Assembly: GCA_019828565.1 (NCBI GenBank)
Contig: JAHDYR010000066.1
Coordinates: 124,001 to 188,000, forward strand
DNA: 64,000 nt
Reading direction: 5' to 3'
Origin: Carpediemonas membranifera BICM
Lineage: Eukaryota > Protista > Fornicata
Shown here: positions 54,416 through 64,000 of the stretch, one piece after another
Numbering within the stretch: the stretch's first letter is position 1
How the letters are laid out: each line of letters opens with the position of its first letter
Notes under the pieces: generated by a model
Seen by the model: only the letters and a program-made list of their open reading frames with translations
Told to the model about the DNA's origin: nothing
Database searches by the model: none
Position numbers and translations under genes: made by a program

Positions 54416-55873
54416 ATGATCAAAATCAATAGCTTCTTCGTCTACATGCCATCACTGGTTGAGGGTGATAGCGATCCGGCACATAAGAAGCTCTTGTACT
54501 ACTATCCCGAGACGGTGGCCATTGATGGTCGTGAAAACGCACTTTCTCTTGTCGAAGGACTGACAGCTTTTTCTAGATCACTTAGCGACCCCGTTGAGCT
54601 TTATAGAGGCGCATTTGAGCTGTCCGAGTCAACTTTCGTGGTGATTGAGGCCAACCCCGGCGTGTTCTTCTGCATGGAAACCCGGGCGACGTCCATCGAC
54701 ACTGAGCGTCATCTAGAGCGACTCCAGCACATCGTTAGCATAGTGTCCCTTCTACTCGGCCCTTTGGACGCCCTAGTGAAGCTCAAGTCCGTCCCCGGGG
54801 TCCGGTGTGTCCTCTACAAGGTCCTCGCCGACACACTCGGCCGGCCACCTCCCACGGGCATCAACTACCTCCCGATCTCTACCTCAGTCTACCTGCAGGC
54901 GGTAGACGCCCTGCACCAGATGCGGACGGACGTGGCGACAGTCCGGGAAGCCGTGCTCAGCGTGGGGCCCGACCTCCTCTATTCGGACCTCGCCCTGGAG
55001 GACACGGAGGCCCTTATGGCAGTGATAGCACGACTCAGCAACCCATCGCCCGCCAGACCCGCCGAGTGTGTGGCTTTAGCCCATGTGGACGTCGACCATG
55101 AGGGCTCGAGGCCGACCAGGTCCTGCCCCGGATGCGGGCAGCCGGTGGCCGGTGACCTCACAGACGTGACCCTGATGCGACGGACGACACCGCCCAACGC
55201 CTACTTCCTCTGTGGGCCCGTGTATCGGACAGAGCCTGGCGTTGGGGCCGCCATGATCGACATGTTCGAGGACGAGGAGAACCGGAAGAAGGCACGGGGG
55301 GATAAGAGGGGGCGGGAGGTCAAGCGTGAGAAGAAGTATCAGTGCCCGCTGTCGTTCCCACGAGTCTGGGTCCTCAGGGACGGGGTGCGGGTCCCCCGAC
55401 GCCTGGTTATCTTCGTCTTCTGTCATGCCCAGTTTTCGCTGCTGATCGAGGACCGGGAGACCGAGCACGCAAATCTTCTTTTCCTGACGCTCTTCCCAGA
55501 GTGGCTCCAGCCCAACCGGGCACGGTCCCTTGGTTTCCTCGCTAAACTGCACACAGACGGGGTGCCGACCGCCCCGTTCCCCTTCGTGTACTCGAACATG
55601 GCTAACAAGGGCGTGCGGACGAGCCACGGCGGGTCCGCGGACGATTCAATCGCCAGCGGGGTGCTTGCTCGCTTCCAGGACGACAGCCTTCACTGCCAGT
55701 ACGCGCAGCTGGCGTCCGGGGAGTGGGTCGTGGGGGCACAGGCGAACGGGCGGCAGTGCGTCCTGAGGCCCGAGCTGGACACCGATTCATTGGTGGAGGC
55801 GCATGCATCGCTGCTGAAGCTCGACCGGACGCTGTTCCGGACCGGAGATGCGGGGCTGTTCGAGGTCATGTGA
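54416..55873 (+). CDS. CCZ1: CCZ1-like longin-domain protein (Mon1-Ccz1 Rab7 GEF subunit)
   Basis: SFFVYMP..KKLLYYYP..LSLVEGLTAFSRSLS..FVYSNMANKG..WVVG. Confidence 0.75.
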   Translation: MIKINSFFVYMPSLVEGDSDPAHKKLLYYYPETVAIDGRENALSLVEGLTAFSRSLSDPVELYRGAFELSESTFVVIEANPGVFFCMETRATSIDTERHLERLQHIVSIVSLLLGPLDALVKLKSVPGVRCVLYKVLADTLGRPPPTGINYLPISTSVYLQAVDALHQMRTDVATVREAVLSVGPDLLYSDLALEDTEALMAVIARLSNPSPARPAECVALAHVDVDHEGSRPTRSCPGCGQPVAGDLTDVTLMRRTTPPNAYFLCGPVYRTEPGVGAAMIDMFEDEENRKKARGDKRGREVKREKKYQCPLSFPRVWVLRDGVRVPRRLVIFVFCHAQFSLLIEDRETEHANLLFLTLFPEWLQPNRARSLGFLAKLHTDGVPTAPFPFVYSNMANKGVRTSHGGSADDSIASGVLARFQDDSLHCQYAQLASGEWVVGAQANGRQCVLRPELDTDSLVEAHASLLKLDRTLFRTGDAGLFEVM

Positions 55874-55973
55874 GATAGGTAGGTAGATGGTAAAGGGCAC
55901 GCAGGGCTCGCGGTGGTGAACCGCCAATCATTCGGCATTTGATCGTTCCGGCCGTTCGTTCGTTCGCCCAGCA

Positions 55974-57080
55974 ATGAATAGCAGAGAACTGAGGCAGTTC
56001 TTCCAGTCAATATACATAGAACCGACTGATCAGTGGCTTGCTGAGCTATCGGCATTCCTCGCCTCGATTCCAGGCCAGGCTAGAGAGGCACAGCTTGATC
56101 TAGCGTATAAGAACTTCCTTCGGCAAGACATGGCCGAAACGTCGCTTGTTTGTGTGTCGTAAGACCAAATAACGCAGCCCGCCCTTCCCCGTTTCAACTC
56201 CAACAGCAACACCGTCCATCGCAAGCCGATGGTGCTTCAAGTCAACGCCTGCGACAACATCGGCGTCTCCCCCGCAGACACAGACCAGGAGAGGAACCGT
56301 GTCATCCGCCTAGAGCTTACGGACGGCCACAATGCCGTCGTGGCGTACGAGTTCAACCGGACGGCATTGCCCACGGCCATCACCCCCGGGGCCAAGGCCC
56401 TGCTGCTGCGACTCACAGTTGAACGCGGGGCCGTCGTGCTGGAGGGCGACCAAATCCTCGTCCTCGGCGGCGTGGTCGAGAGGCTGGCGACGCACTACGT
56501 CCGGACCCACGCCCGCCGCCTCGTGGCCCAGCAGCAGGAGGCCGTCATCCGGGAGACCAAGCGGATCATCCAGCAGGACCACGTCACCCACCCCCGCCTG
56601 GACCTCGACACGGCCCCCAAGCCCCAGGTCTTCGTCCCCTCATTCACACCAAGCGTCGACGTCGTCAAGTGGATCGGATCGTCTCGGTCGGGCGCCTCTA
56701 TGGTGCCGAGGCCCGTGGAGCTGACACTGCTGGAGGCGCTGCCGCCGTTCGTCTTCCACGGCGACGGCTTCACCTGCTTCGCCGGCGTGAGGGCAGCCGG
56801 GTCACCGCCCACTGTTGCCCGGCTCGCCAGCCCCGTTGTCGCCCAGCTGATGGAGCTCACACCAGCCGACTATCGTACCAACCGTGCCATGGCAGAGCAG
56901 GGCAACGCCGCAGCCCACAACACGCTCCTCGGGGCCTTCCGGCGGCTGATGGCGGGGCTGGACGACGTCGCCGTGAGTGCCCTGGCTGTACCCGACCCGG
57001 CGTGTGGAGAGGGCATGCGGGGGGACGCGACGATGGCGGTGGTCGAGGTCTTTGTGGAGTCCAACAGCATAGGGTCGTGA
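55974..57080 (+). CDS. RMI1: RMI1 (RecQ-mediated genome instability 1); 30-nt intron 56148-56177
   Basis: QWL..FLRQDM helical N-domain; VLQVNACDNIG..RLELTDG..AYEF..TPGAKALL..VERGAVVL..VLGGVV OB fold. Confidence 0.8.
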
Positions 57081-57131
57081 GACCGACTGTCATGTGAGAC
57101 GGCGCTGGTCCTCAAGGGCTGATTAAATTTA

Positions 57132-57944
57132 CTATTCTTCGGCCGCCAGACCGACGAACCTCTGCTTGAGCTGGGCGATGAAGCCCTCGTTTGGCCGGAC
57201 GAAGGGCCTCGCCTGCTTCAGCTCGGCCCAGGCGGAGTCGACCGACCTGCACCGTCCAAGCATCAGTAGCACGGCGATGACGAGGGTGGCAGACCGAGAA
57301 ATGCCCATGTTGCAGACGATGAGGACAGTACGCCCGGCAACGACGGCTTTGAGGACGTCATTCGCCAGCGTCCAGAAGTCGGCGCCGAGCACCTGGGTCG
57401 GCACGTCGTCGAGGGGCACGTGTGCGGTCTGGCCAATGCCATCGGGCGGGGGGCACTCTGATGCGACCGAGATTGCCAGGTCTATACCCATCCTGGTGAC
57501 GACCTCGGGGTTCAGGCAGCGGTGGTTACCGATGAGCAGATTAGGGAGGACCAGGTTCGGCAGCCTCGTGTTGTCTGCAGCGCCATGTCTGGTGATCAGG
57601 AACGGGTAGCTGTCGGCGAACGATGGCATGTCGGGGAAGGTGTCGACGGGGCAGCGCACGCAGGGTGCTAGCAGAGAACGGGCAGAATCCAGCGGAGACG
57701 GATCAATTGCGGTCAAAATGATGCGTGTTGCACTTCTTATCCGACCTTGCAACTCCTTTGGCGCAATATCTTCAACGCGCCACCCTTTTGCGAGAAGCTG
57801 CAGGCGTTCGAAAGGAAATGACATCGCGGAACGGATATGAGCCCGCTGAAACTGCTCCGATGAGCTAATATCGATCAAAGCCACCGAAGTGAAGCCCTGC
57901 ACAACATTAAAGACGTCCATCCGTATCCGTGACACGTTGTTCAT
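57132..57944 (-). CDS. Rhodanese plus dual-specificity phosphatase (MAPK-phosphatase-like)
   Basis: LIDI..FQRAHIRSA; catalytic VCNMGISRSAT; RPFVRPNEGFIAQL. Confidence 0.88.
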   Translation of the reverse strand: MNNVSRIRMDVFNVVQGFTSVALIDISSSEQFQRAHIRSAMSFPFERLQLLAKGWRVEDIAPKELQGRIRSATRIILTAIDPSPLDSARSLLAPCVRCPVDTFPDMPSFADSYPFLITRHGAADNTRLPNLVLPNLLIGNHRCLNPEVVTRMGIDLAISVASECPPPDGIGQTAHVPLDDVPTQVLGADFWTLANDVLKAVVAGRTVLIVCNMGISRSATLVIAVLLMLGRCRSVDSAWAELKQARPFVRPNEGFIAQLKQRFVGLAAEE

Positions 57945-57988
57945 GCTAAAGTGCGAAGCGGTCAGCGAATATAATGATATCTAACAAT

Positions 57989-59131
57989 TTATGCGTCCGC
58001 ACTGGCTCCCTGCTCGAATGCCCTGCTTGCCGACACCGCATGCACCGCCGACTTGAAGAGCTGCACCCCGCTCCGCTTCGAGTGGGCAAGAAGGTCCGGC
58101 CTCATGTGGAAGTCCTCCCAATTCTCGTTGAGGAACTCGCTGATTGGGCCTACAAGCTCCCGTGGGGACTCGATGTGGCACAGACCGCGGCCCCTGATAG
58201 TGCACCGGTCGATCCTGGCGAAGAAGGGTTTCTCCAGGCGGGGCAGGACGAGGCTGGGGGGCATCTCGCGGCCCAGCACGGCGAGCACGGGGCACTTGAC
58301 GTTGATCTCGAATGGGATCCTGTTAGAGATCTCCCGCGCCTCCCGAATGGTATATGCTGGCAAACGAAGCCTGAACATGGCCCTGTAGCCCTCCAACCGG
58401 GATCGGGGTAGGGGATGACCCTTGCTGTCCTCGAACCACCGCTGGAGCCACCGCGTCGAGTAGTAGTCGGGGATGACCGAGTCGGGGGAGGAGGTCGACC
58501 GGAGCTGCATCGACGCCAGGGACAGCTTGAACGCCATGGGCTCGAGCATTGGCGGCGGGGAGATCAGCAGGGCGGCCTTGAATAAGCCGTGGTCGAAGGT
58601 TGTGAGGTGGATCGCCTGCAGTGCTCCAGCCCCGACACCGCCGACAAAGCAGCCGCGGAGGTGCCGGTGTCGGACGAACTCCTCCACTATGTTACTGAGC
58701 GTGCCGAAAGACGGGTACGGCAGGTGCGGCTGGTCGTAGACCTCGCCGTCCGCCGGGCTGGCCATGTGGGGCCAGTTGAGCAGAGTGACGTTAAGCTCGC
58801 TGAAGATGGGGTCGATCAGGGGATGCGCCAGGAACTTGGTCCACGAGGATCTGGCGTCCAGCAGCATCTCTGGCAGCAGGACGATCGTGGGGCGGTCTGG
58901 CTCGGGGTGCTTGAACTCGTGGACGACGATGTTCACATCCAGCGGCTTGAGATAGACGACGTCGACGGGCCACCGATGGGCGTCGGCGAATATATATGAG
59001 AAACTATCAGTTTGTGGTTCCATTATGTCTTGTTCGTGTTCTGTTGATTCAGACCTGTCGCTTTCATCCAGTAAAGCAGGTTCGCCATGCCGGGTCTTCG
59101 CATCCTCTTCTTTTAGCTTGTCATGTTCCAT
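57989..59131 (-). CDS. NDRG/Ndr-family alpha/beta-hydrolase-fold protein
   Basis: RPTIVLLP..YPSFGTL..GGVGAGA (NDRG-type non-catalytic elbow). Confidence 0.7.
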   Translation of the reverse strand: MEHDKLKEEDAKTRHGEPALLDESDRSESTEHEQDIMEPQTDSFSYIFADAHRWPVDVVYLKPLDVNIVVHEFKHPEPDRPTIVLLPEMLLDARSSWTKFLAHPLIDPIFSELNVTLLNWPHMASPADGEVYDQPHLPYPSFGTLSNIVEEFVRHRHLRGCFVGGVGAGALQAIHLTTFDHGLFKAALLISPPPMLEPMAFKLSLASMQLRSTSSPDSVIPDYYSTRWLQRWFEDSKGHPLPRSRLEGYRAMFRLRLPAYTIREAREISNRIPFEINVKCPVLAVLGREMPPSLVLPRLEKPFFARIDRCTIRGRGLCHIESPRELVGPISEFLNENWEDFHMRPDLLAHSKRSGVQLFKSAVHAVSASRAFEQGASADA

Positions 59132-59268
59132 ATACTTGCTGTATTGTGATTGTAGGATCCGATGGTTAGACGCGAGGTTCGCTGACTGTACGTAAACTGC
59201 GAACCAACTCCGCGGCACCCGGCATGGAGAAGCCAACATCAGCCGCTTTATTCTATTGCGCCCGCCGC

Positions 59269-59925
59269 TCAGGGTTGGGACATGTCGATGCCGAGCACTG
59301 CCGCGGCGTTGTCGATCTGTTCGAGCACGTCTCTCAGTACCGTCGCGGCCTCGGGCTGGACGTTGGGCATGTACATCAGCCCATCGTCGCCCATGGGCCG
59401 GGACACCGTCGCCTGCATCATGGCGCTGGGTGGGAGCTCAGGCAGGGTGGACAGCATGGACGACGTGGGGATGTGCTCCGCCCTGGACAGCGAGGGGACT
59501 GTCCTCATCGGGGCGTGGAGGGGCTCGGACTCGCGGTCGAGGGACTTCAGGCAGCACGACACGTCGATGCGCTCTGGGGGCTGGGCATAGTTGGCCACTG
59601 CGGTGGAGATGCACGTGTTCCAGTTCATTGGGGACAGGGGTACGAAGTCGGCGACGGACTCACGCTTCTTGCACCGGATAAGCCACTGGAGGTGGTCAGG
59701 CAATGTGTAGTGCTTGGACACTGCTGCTTTCGACAGTTCGCTGTGGACGAAGTCTCTGCAAATGATATCGAAGTCATCGAATGTTCTCGCTGAGAACTGA
59801 AGCGAATCACAGAACTTGAGGCGGTTTTGCTGAGTAAGTGATAGCAACGGCGCTGTAAACGCTGTAAACGGCACAGCGGAGAAACATACCTTTCCGCGGA
59901 TCGTCAGCTTGAAGAGGTTTTCCAT
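59269..59925 (-). CDS. Hypothetical protein; 5' structure uncertain
   Basis: About 220-aa ORF; possible GTATGT..TTTACAG intron near 59862-59889. Confidence 0.45.
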   Translation of the reverse strand: MENLFKLTIRGKVCFSAVPFTAFTAPLLSLTQQNRLKFCDSLQFSARTFDDFDIICRDFVHSELSKAAVSKHYTLPDHLQWLIRCKKRESVADFVPLSPMNWNTCISTAVANYAQPPERIDVSCCLKSLDRESEPLHAPMRTVPSLSRAEHIPTSSMLSTLPELPPSAMMQATVSRPMGDDGLMYMPNVQPEAATVLRDVLEQIDNAAAVLGIDMSQP

Positions 59926-60247
59926 GTCCGATGGACAATTCACAATGGCGATTCCCAAGCACGCAGGTTATGCTAATGGCGGATCTTGCCGTGCTACGTG
60001 ACGAATGTAGGAAGGTAAGATGGGCCTAGGGGTAATACCTTGATAGAGGGCTCAACTCATGTTCATGGCGGCAGGGTTGACCCGAGATTGCCAGGAGATA
60101 TTCAAGAGCTGGTACCACGACACTGTCTCTGTCTTGCCTGCAGCGCAGCAACACGGCCGCCTCACCCCGTTCTTTCGACCGGCTGTGCGGGTCGACCGGG
60201 GAAGCGCACTTTGGCGCGATCCCGCACAACGTCTAAGAAGACGGTGA

Positions 60248-61387
60248 ATGGGAATAAGGAACCTTAAGACGATTATTCCAGAGGAGTGCGTCAAGAAAAG
60301 GCAGTTCTCTGAGTTCTTCGGCCTCTGGGTTGCCATCGACGCGAGCATGCTGCTCTATCAATCGCTCATCGGCCTCGGACGCGGCACTGATGCCTTTACT
60401 GACGGCAGCAACAACTCTACAGCCCATCTGGTTGGTCTGTTCTACCGCTCCATCCGTTTGCTCGAGCTCGGCATCAAGCCCGTCTTCGTCTTCGATGGCA
60501 CCCCGCCCGATATGAAGGCCGGTGAGCTGGAGAAGCGGCAGGAGCGCAAGGAAGCTGCGGAACAGCTGTTGCAGGAGTCAATCGATGCGGGAGATGCCGA
60601 GGCCGCGGCGAAGGCGGCCAAGCGGACGATACGTCTCACCACGGAGCAGATGGACGACGCCAAGACGCTCCTACGACACATGGGTATCCCGGTCGTCGAG
60701 GCCAAGGGCGAGGCCGAGGCCCAGTGCGCCCAGATGTGCAAGGACGGGCTCGTGTCAGCCGTGGCGACCGAGGACATGGACGCCCTGACGTTCGGGTGCC
60801 CCCGCATGCTCCGGCACTTCCTGTCCGCCGGGAGGAACAAGAACGTCCCCATCCGGGAGTACCGTGTGGATTCTGTGCTGGATGCCATGGAGCTGACGAT
60901 GGATCAGTTCGTAGACGTGTGCATTTTATGCGGGTGCGACTACACTGAGACCATCCCTGGGATTGGCCCGAAGAAGGCGCTGGACGGCATCAGGGAGGCG
61001 CTGTGCATCGAGGACATGCTCCTCAACCTCACAGACCGCCAGCTTGCACAGTTCCAGCCCGAGCTCTTCCAGTACAAGGAGGCGCGGCGACTGTTCATGA
61101 CTCCAGACGTGACGCCGTCAGACAAGATCAAGCCACTGACACTCGGGAAGCCGAAAAGGACCGAGGTCATCAAATTTCTATGTGATGAGAAGCAGTTCGA
61201 CCGCGAGCGAGTCCTGTCTGGGTTGAAGAAGCTTCAGGCGAGCAAGAGCAAGACCGGGCAGACCAGGCTGGACTGCTTCTTCAAGGCGAGCCCATCGCCT
61301 AAGTCGATCAAGACGCCACTCCCGACCCAGAAGGGCTCCCCGAAGAGGGCCGGCAAGGGCACGCCGACAAAGAGAAGGCCTGGCTGA
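60248..61387 (+). CDS. FEN1: Flap endonuclease 1
   Basis: MGIRNL..AIDAS..HLVGLFYR..KPVFVFDG..EAEAQCA..TEDMDALTFG..GCDY..GIGPKKA; PIP box QTRLDCFF. Confidence 0.97.
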   Translation: MGIRNLKTIIPEECVKKRQFSEFFGLWVAIDASMLLYQSLIGLGRGTDAFTDGSNNSTAHLVGLFYRSIRLLELGIKPVFVFDGTPPDMKAGELEKRQERKEAAEQLLQESIDAGDAEAAAKAAKRTIRLTTEQMDDAKTLLRHMGIPVVEAKGEAEAQCAQMCKDGLVSAVATEDMDALTFGCPRMLRHFLSAGRNKNVPIREYRVDSVLDAMELTMDQFVDVCILCGCDYTETIPGIGPKKALDGIREALCIEDMLLNLTDRQLAQFQPELFQYKEARRLFMTPDVTPSDKIKPLTLGKPKRTEVIKFLCDEKQFDRERVLSGLKKLQASKSKTGQTRLDCFFKASPSPKSIKTPLPTQKGSPKRAGKGTPTKRRPG

Positions 61388-61632
61388 GTGGCCGGGTGCG
61401 GATTAAACAGCGCTGTGTTTGGACGGGGGAGATGGTTGTCGGATGGCCGTGCAGCTTTGTATAGTATCGATTGCATATCCGACCGACAATGCAGAGTCTG
61501 ACTGATCAAAGATGGACGGGGATGGCTAGTGAGACCCGCGCAGACTCTGACCAGCCTCGAGCCATTACGTGAGCAACCATAAATCGGTTGTGCCATAATC
61601 TGCACCGATCAGACGACACACACAGCTGTTCC

Positions 61633-63918
61633 ATGCGCATTGAGAGTGATTCCAGCGCAGAAGAAAGCGATGGCTCCGACTACATAGCTCCCGATGACAT
61701 CATGGACGAGTTCGTCCCCCATGCGTCAGGCTTGAAGCGGAAAGGCGGACTGATTAGCTACAAACACACCACGCGCGCAGAAGAAGAAGTGGAGCGTGAA
61801 GTAGTGAAGTATAAGACCGGTTCTATGAAGAATGATGCTGGGAATCGGCCCCTGTGGGTTGCCCCCGATGGCCGCATCTTCCTTGAGGCCTTCAACCCCA
61901 TCTATCAGATCGCCTACGACTTCCTCATCGCCGTTGCCGAGCCCGTTAGCCGCCCCTCCATGATCCACGAGTACCGCATCACGACGAACTCGATCTTTGC
62001 GGCGTCCTCGATCGGCCTGACTATCGACGACATCACGCAGGCCCTGATGAAGCTCTCGAAGACAGAGGTCCCTGCCAAGCTGATGGCGAAGATCAAGGAC
62101 ATTGCGACGAGGTTCCGGCAGCTTGCCATCGTCCAGCGAGAGGGCAGGTGCCTCGTCGAGTGCCAGCGTCAGGAACTGCTAGAGGAGCTCATCAAACTGC
62201 TACAGAACGCGCCTACAGTGAAGGGACGGCAGCGGCAGGACCTTAAGGACATATTTGCGAAGGGCAGTGGCGTGGTTATCGAGTCTCGGGATGAGGCCGA
62301 GGTTCGGGCCGAGAAGGTCGGACAGACGGACGACGTCCTCGACATTCCAGAGTCCGATGACGACGACACGCCCGTGAAGAAGCGCACGGTGTACTACTTC
62401 GAGGCGCGGCAGCAGGCCATCGACTACGTCAAGGAGGTCGCCCATGCACGATTCCCCATCCTAGAGGAGTACGAGTGGCATAGGGACGGCGTGCCCCCCA
62501 TCCCGATCAACCTCAAGCCCAACGTCGACCTCAGACCCTACCAGGAGAAGAGTCTCTCCAAGATGTTCTCAAACGGGCGAGCCCGGTCGGGCATGATCGT
62601 GTTGCCATGCGGTGCGGGCAAGACCCTCGTCGGCGTGTCAGCGCTGTGCACGCTCAAGCGGCCCACCGTAATCCTCTGCACGAGTGGCGTGGCCGTTGAG
62701 CAGTGGCGGAGTCAGGTGAACCTCTGGGCCATGGCGTCAGGTGACGACGACGTCGACTCCCACATCACAAGATTCACGTCGGGGGCCCGGCTCCCATTCA
62801 GCGACCGCATGCACAAGGGTGAGGACATCGACCCCGTCGTGGAGGCACTGGACCCGGCATACGACATTATTATCAGCACGTATAACATGATGATCGACAG
62901 GAAGGGCGGGCGGAGCGCTGAGGCCGATCAAATGATGAAGATCATCGCAGCCAGACGCTGGGGCATGCTGATCATGGACGAGGTTCACGTCGTGGCGTCT
63001 AAAGAGTTCACCAAGGCCGTCCGGTCCATCGGGGCGCCATGCAAGCTCGGGCTCACCGCGACGCTGGTCAGAGAGGACGAGAGGATCAAGCAGCTGTACC
63101 ACTTGATCGGCCCGAAGCTGTACGAGGCGAACTGGCTAGATCTGAAGAGGCATGGCTACATTGCGGACGTCAGGTGCGCTGAGGTCTGGTGCCCCATGAC
63201 GGCTGTCTTCTACCGCGAGTACCTCAGGGCCAGGGACAAGGCCCAGCGGAAGCTGCTGTACGCCATGAACCCCACTAAGGTGCGGGTGTGTGATCATTTG
63301 ATTAGACACCACGAGGGCCGGGGCGACAAGATCCTCGTGTTCAGTGACGACCTGACCCCCCTCAAGGAGTACGCCAGGCGACTGGGGAACAAGCCTTGCA
63401 TTCATGGGTCGAGTTCCAAGGCCGAGCGGATGGAGAAGCTGCAGGCCTTCGCCAAGGACCCGAACTCAAATTGCCTCTTCATATCCAGGATCGGCGACAA
63501 CTCCATCGACCTGCCCAACGCCAACGTCCTAATCCAGATCAGCGCACTTTACGGTTCCCGCCGGCAAGAAGCACAGCGGCTGGGGCGTGTGTCTCGGCCC
63601 AAGGTGCCCGGGGGAATCTCCCACGCCATCTTCTACACCCTCGTCAGCACGGACACGCGGGAGAAGTTCTTCTCGTCCAAGCGGTCGCGGTTCCTGCGGG
63701 ATCAGGGGTACTCGTTCAAGGTCGTTACGAGTCTCGCTGACCGCATGATGGCGACGACCGACGGCGTGCTAGGCACTGTCAACGAGCAGGAGGAGCTGCT
63801 CGCACACCTCAAGACGCTGCAGATGGAGACGGAGGAGGACGCTGACCCCGACGAGACTAAGATGCGGGTCCACAGGGGCGTCGCCAGGGTCACCCGGGGC
63901 CAGAAGCGCGGCCGGTGA
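61633..63918 (+). CDS. XPB: TFIIH helicase XPB/ERCC3
   Basis: RPLWVAPDGRIFLE..AEPVSRP..LRPYQEKSLSKMF..VLPCGAGKT..DEVH..GLTATLVRED..GSRRQEAQRLGR. Confidence 0.97.
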   Translation: MRIESDSSAEESDGSDYIAPDDIMDEFVPHASGLKRKGGLISYKHTTRAEEEVEREVVKYKTGSMKNDAGNRPLWVAPDGRIFLEAFNPIYQIAYDFLIAVAEPVSRPSMIHEYRITTNSIFAASSIGLTIDDITQALMKLSKTEVPAKLMAKIKDIATRFRQLAIVQREGRCLVECQRQELLEELIKLLQNAPTVKGRQRQDLKDIFAKGSGVVIESRDEAEVRAEKVGQTDDVLDIPESDDDDTPVKKRTVYYFEARQQAIDYVKEVAHARFPILEEYEWHRDGVPPIPINLKPNVDLRPYQEKSLSKMFSNGRARSGMIVLPCGAGKTLVGVSALCTLKRPTVILCTSGVAVEQWRSQVNLWAMASGDDDVDSHITRFTSGARLPFSDRMHKGEDIDPVVEALDPAYDIIISTYNMMIDRKGGRSAEADQMMKIIAARRWGMLIMDEVHVVASKEFTKAVRSIGAPCKLGLTATLVREDERIKQLYHLIGPKLYEANWLDLKRHGYIADVRCAEVWCPMTAVFYREYLRARDKAQRKLLYAMNPTKVRVCDHLIRHHEGRGDKILVFSDDLTPLKEYARRLGNKPCIHGSSSKAERMEKLQAFAKDPNSNCLFISRIGDNSIDLPNANVLIQISALYGSRRQEAQRLGRVSRPKVPGGISHAIFYTLVSTDTREKFFSSKRSRFLRDQGYSFKVVTSLADRMMATTDGVLGTVNEQEELLAHLKTLQMETEEDADPDETKMRVHRGVARVTRGQKRGR

Positions 63919-64000
63919 TGCGGTGGACGCTGGGTTGTCTGTCGATTTAAACTCTTTTCTGCCAGTAATCGGCAACACAGTAACGCAGGACGTCGACCTC

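Overview
Very gene-dense, GC-rich eukaryotic DNA with about 40 genes. Introns are tiny (26-31 nt, GT..AG). Pyruvate:ferredoxin oxidoreductase plus flagellar genes point to an anaerobic flagellate protist, most plausibly a fornicate metamonad such as Carpediemonas (inference only). Housekeeping genes recognised: PFO, MAD2, ABCA transporter, EPL1, RPS3, INO80, ASF1, CDC5L, WDR55, ALG14, NMD3, transketolase, RPS6, CCZ1, RMI1, FEN1 and XPB. The main accessory find is a Fanzor (eukaryotic TnpB-family RNA-guided nuclease) gene at 35728-37567 (-). The ORF track splits it at two 1-nt frameshifts; repairing them gives about 613 aa with all three RuvC acidic motifs and a Zn finger. It is followed by a hairpin-rich candidate omegaRNA. 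The Fanzor locus shares both apparent end modules with a 1.5-kb segment (27617 to about 29110) that carries an RCC1-like gene instead, and that segment starts exactly at the breakpoint of a 3.5-kb inverted duplication (7552-11049 / 24112-27616). A 111-bp mini-derivative of the element lies at 34735-34845. A young Ty3/Gypsy chromovirus (identical 92-bp LTRs, 5-bp TSD, no canonical tRNA PBS) is inserted immediately beside the Fanzor element. All calls come from reading motifs by eye; no database searches were run.
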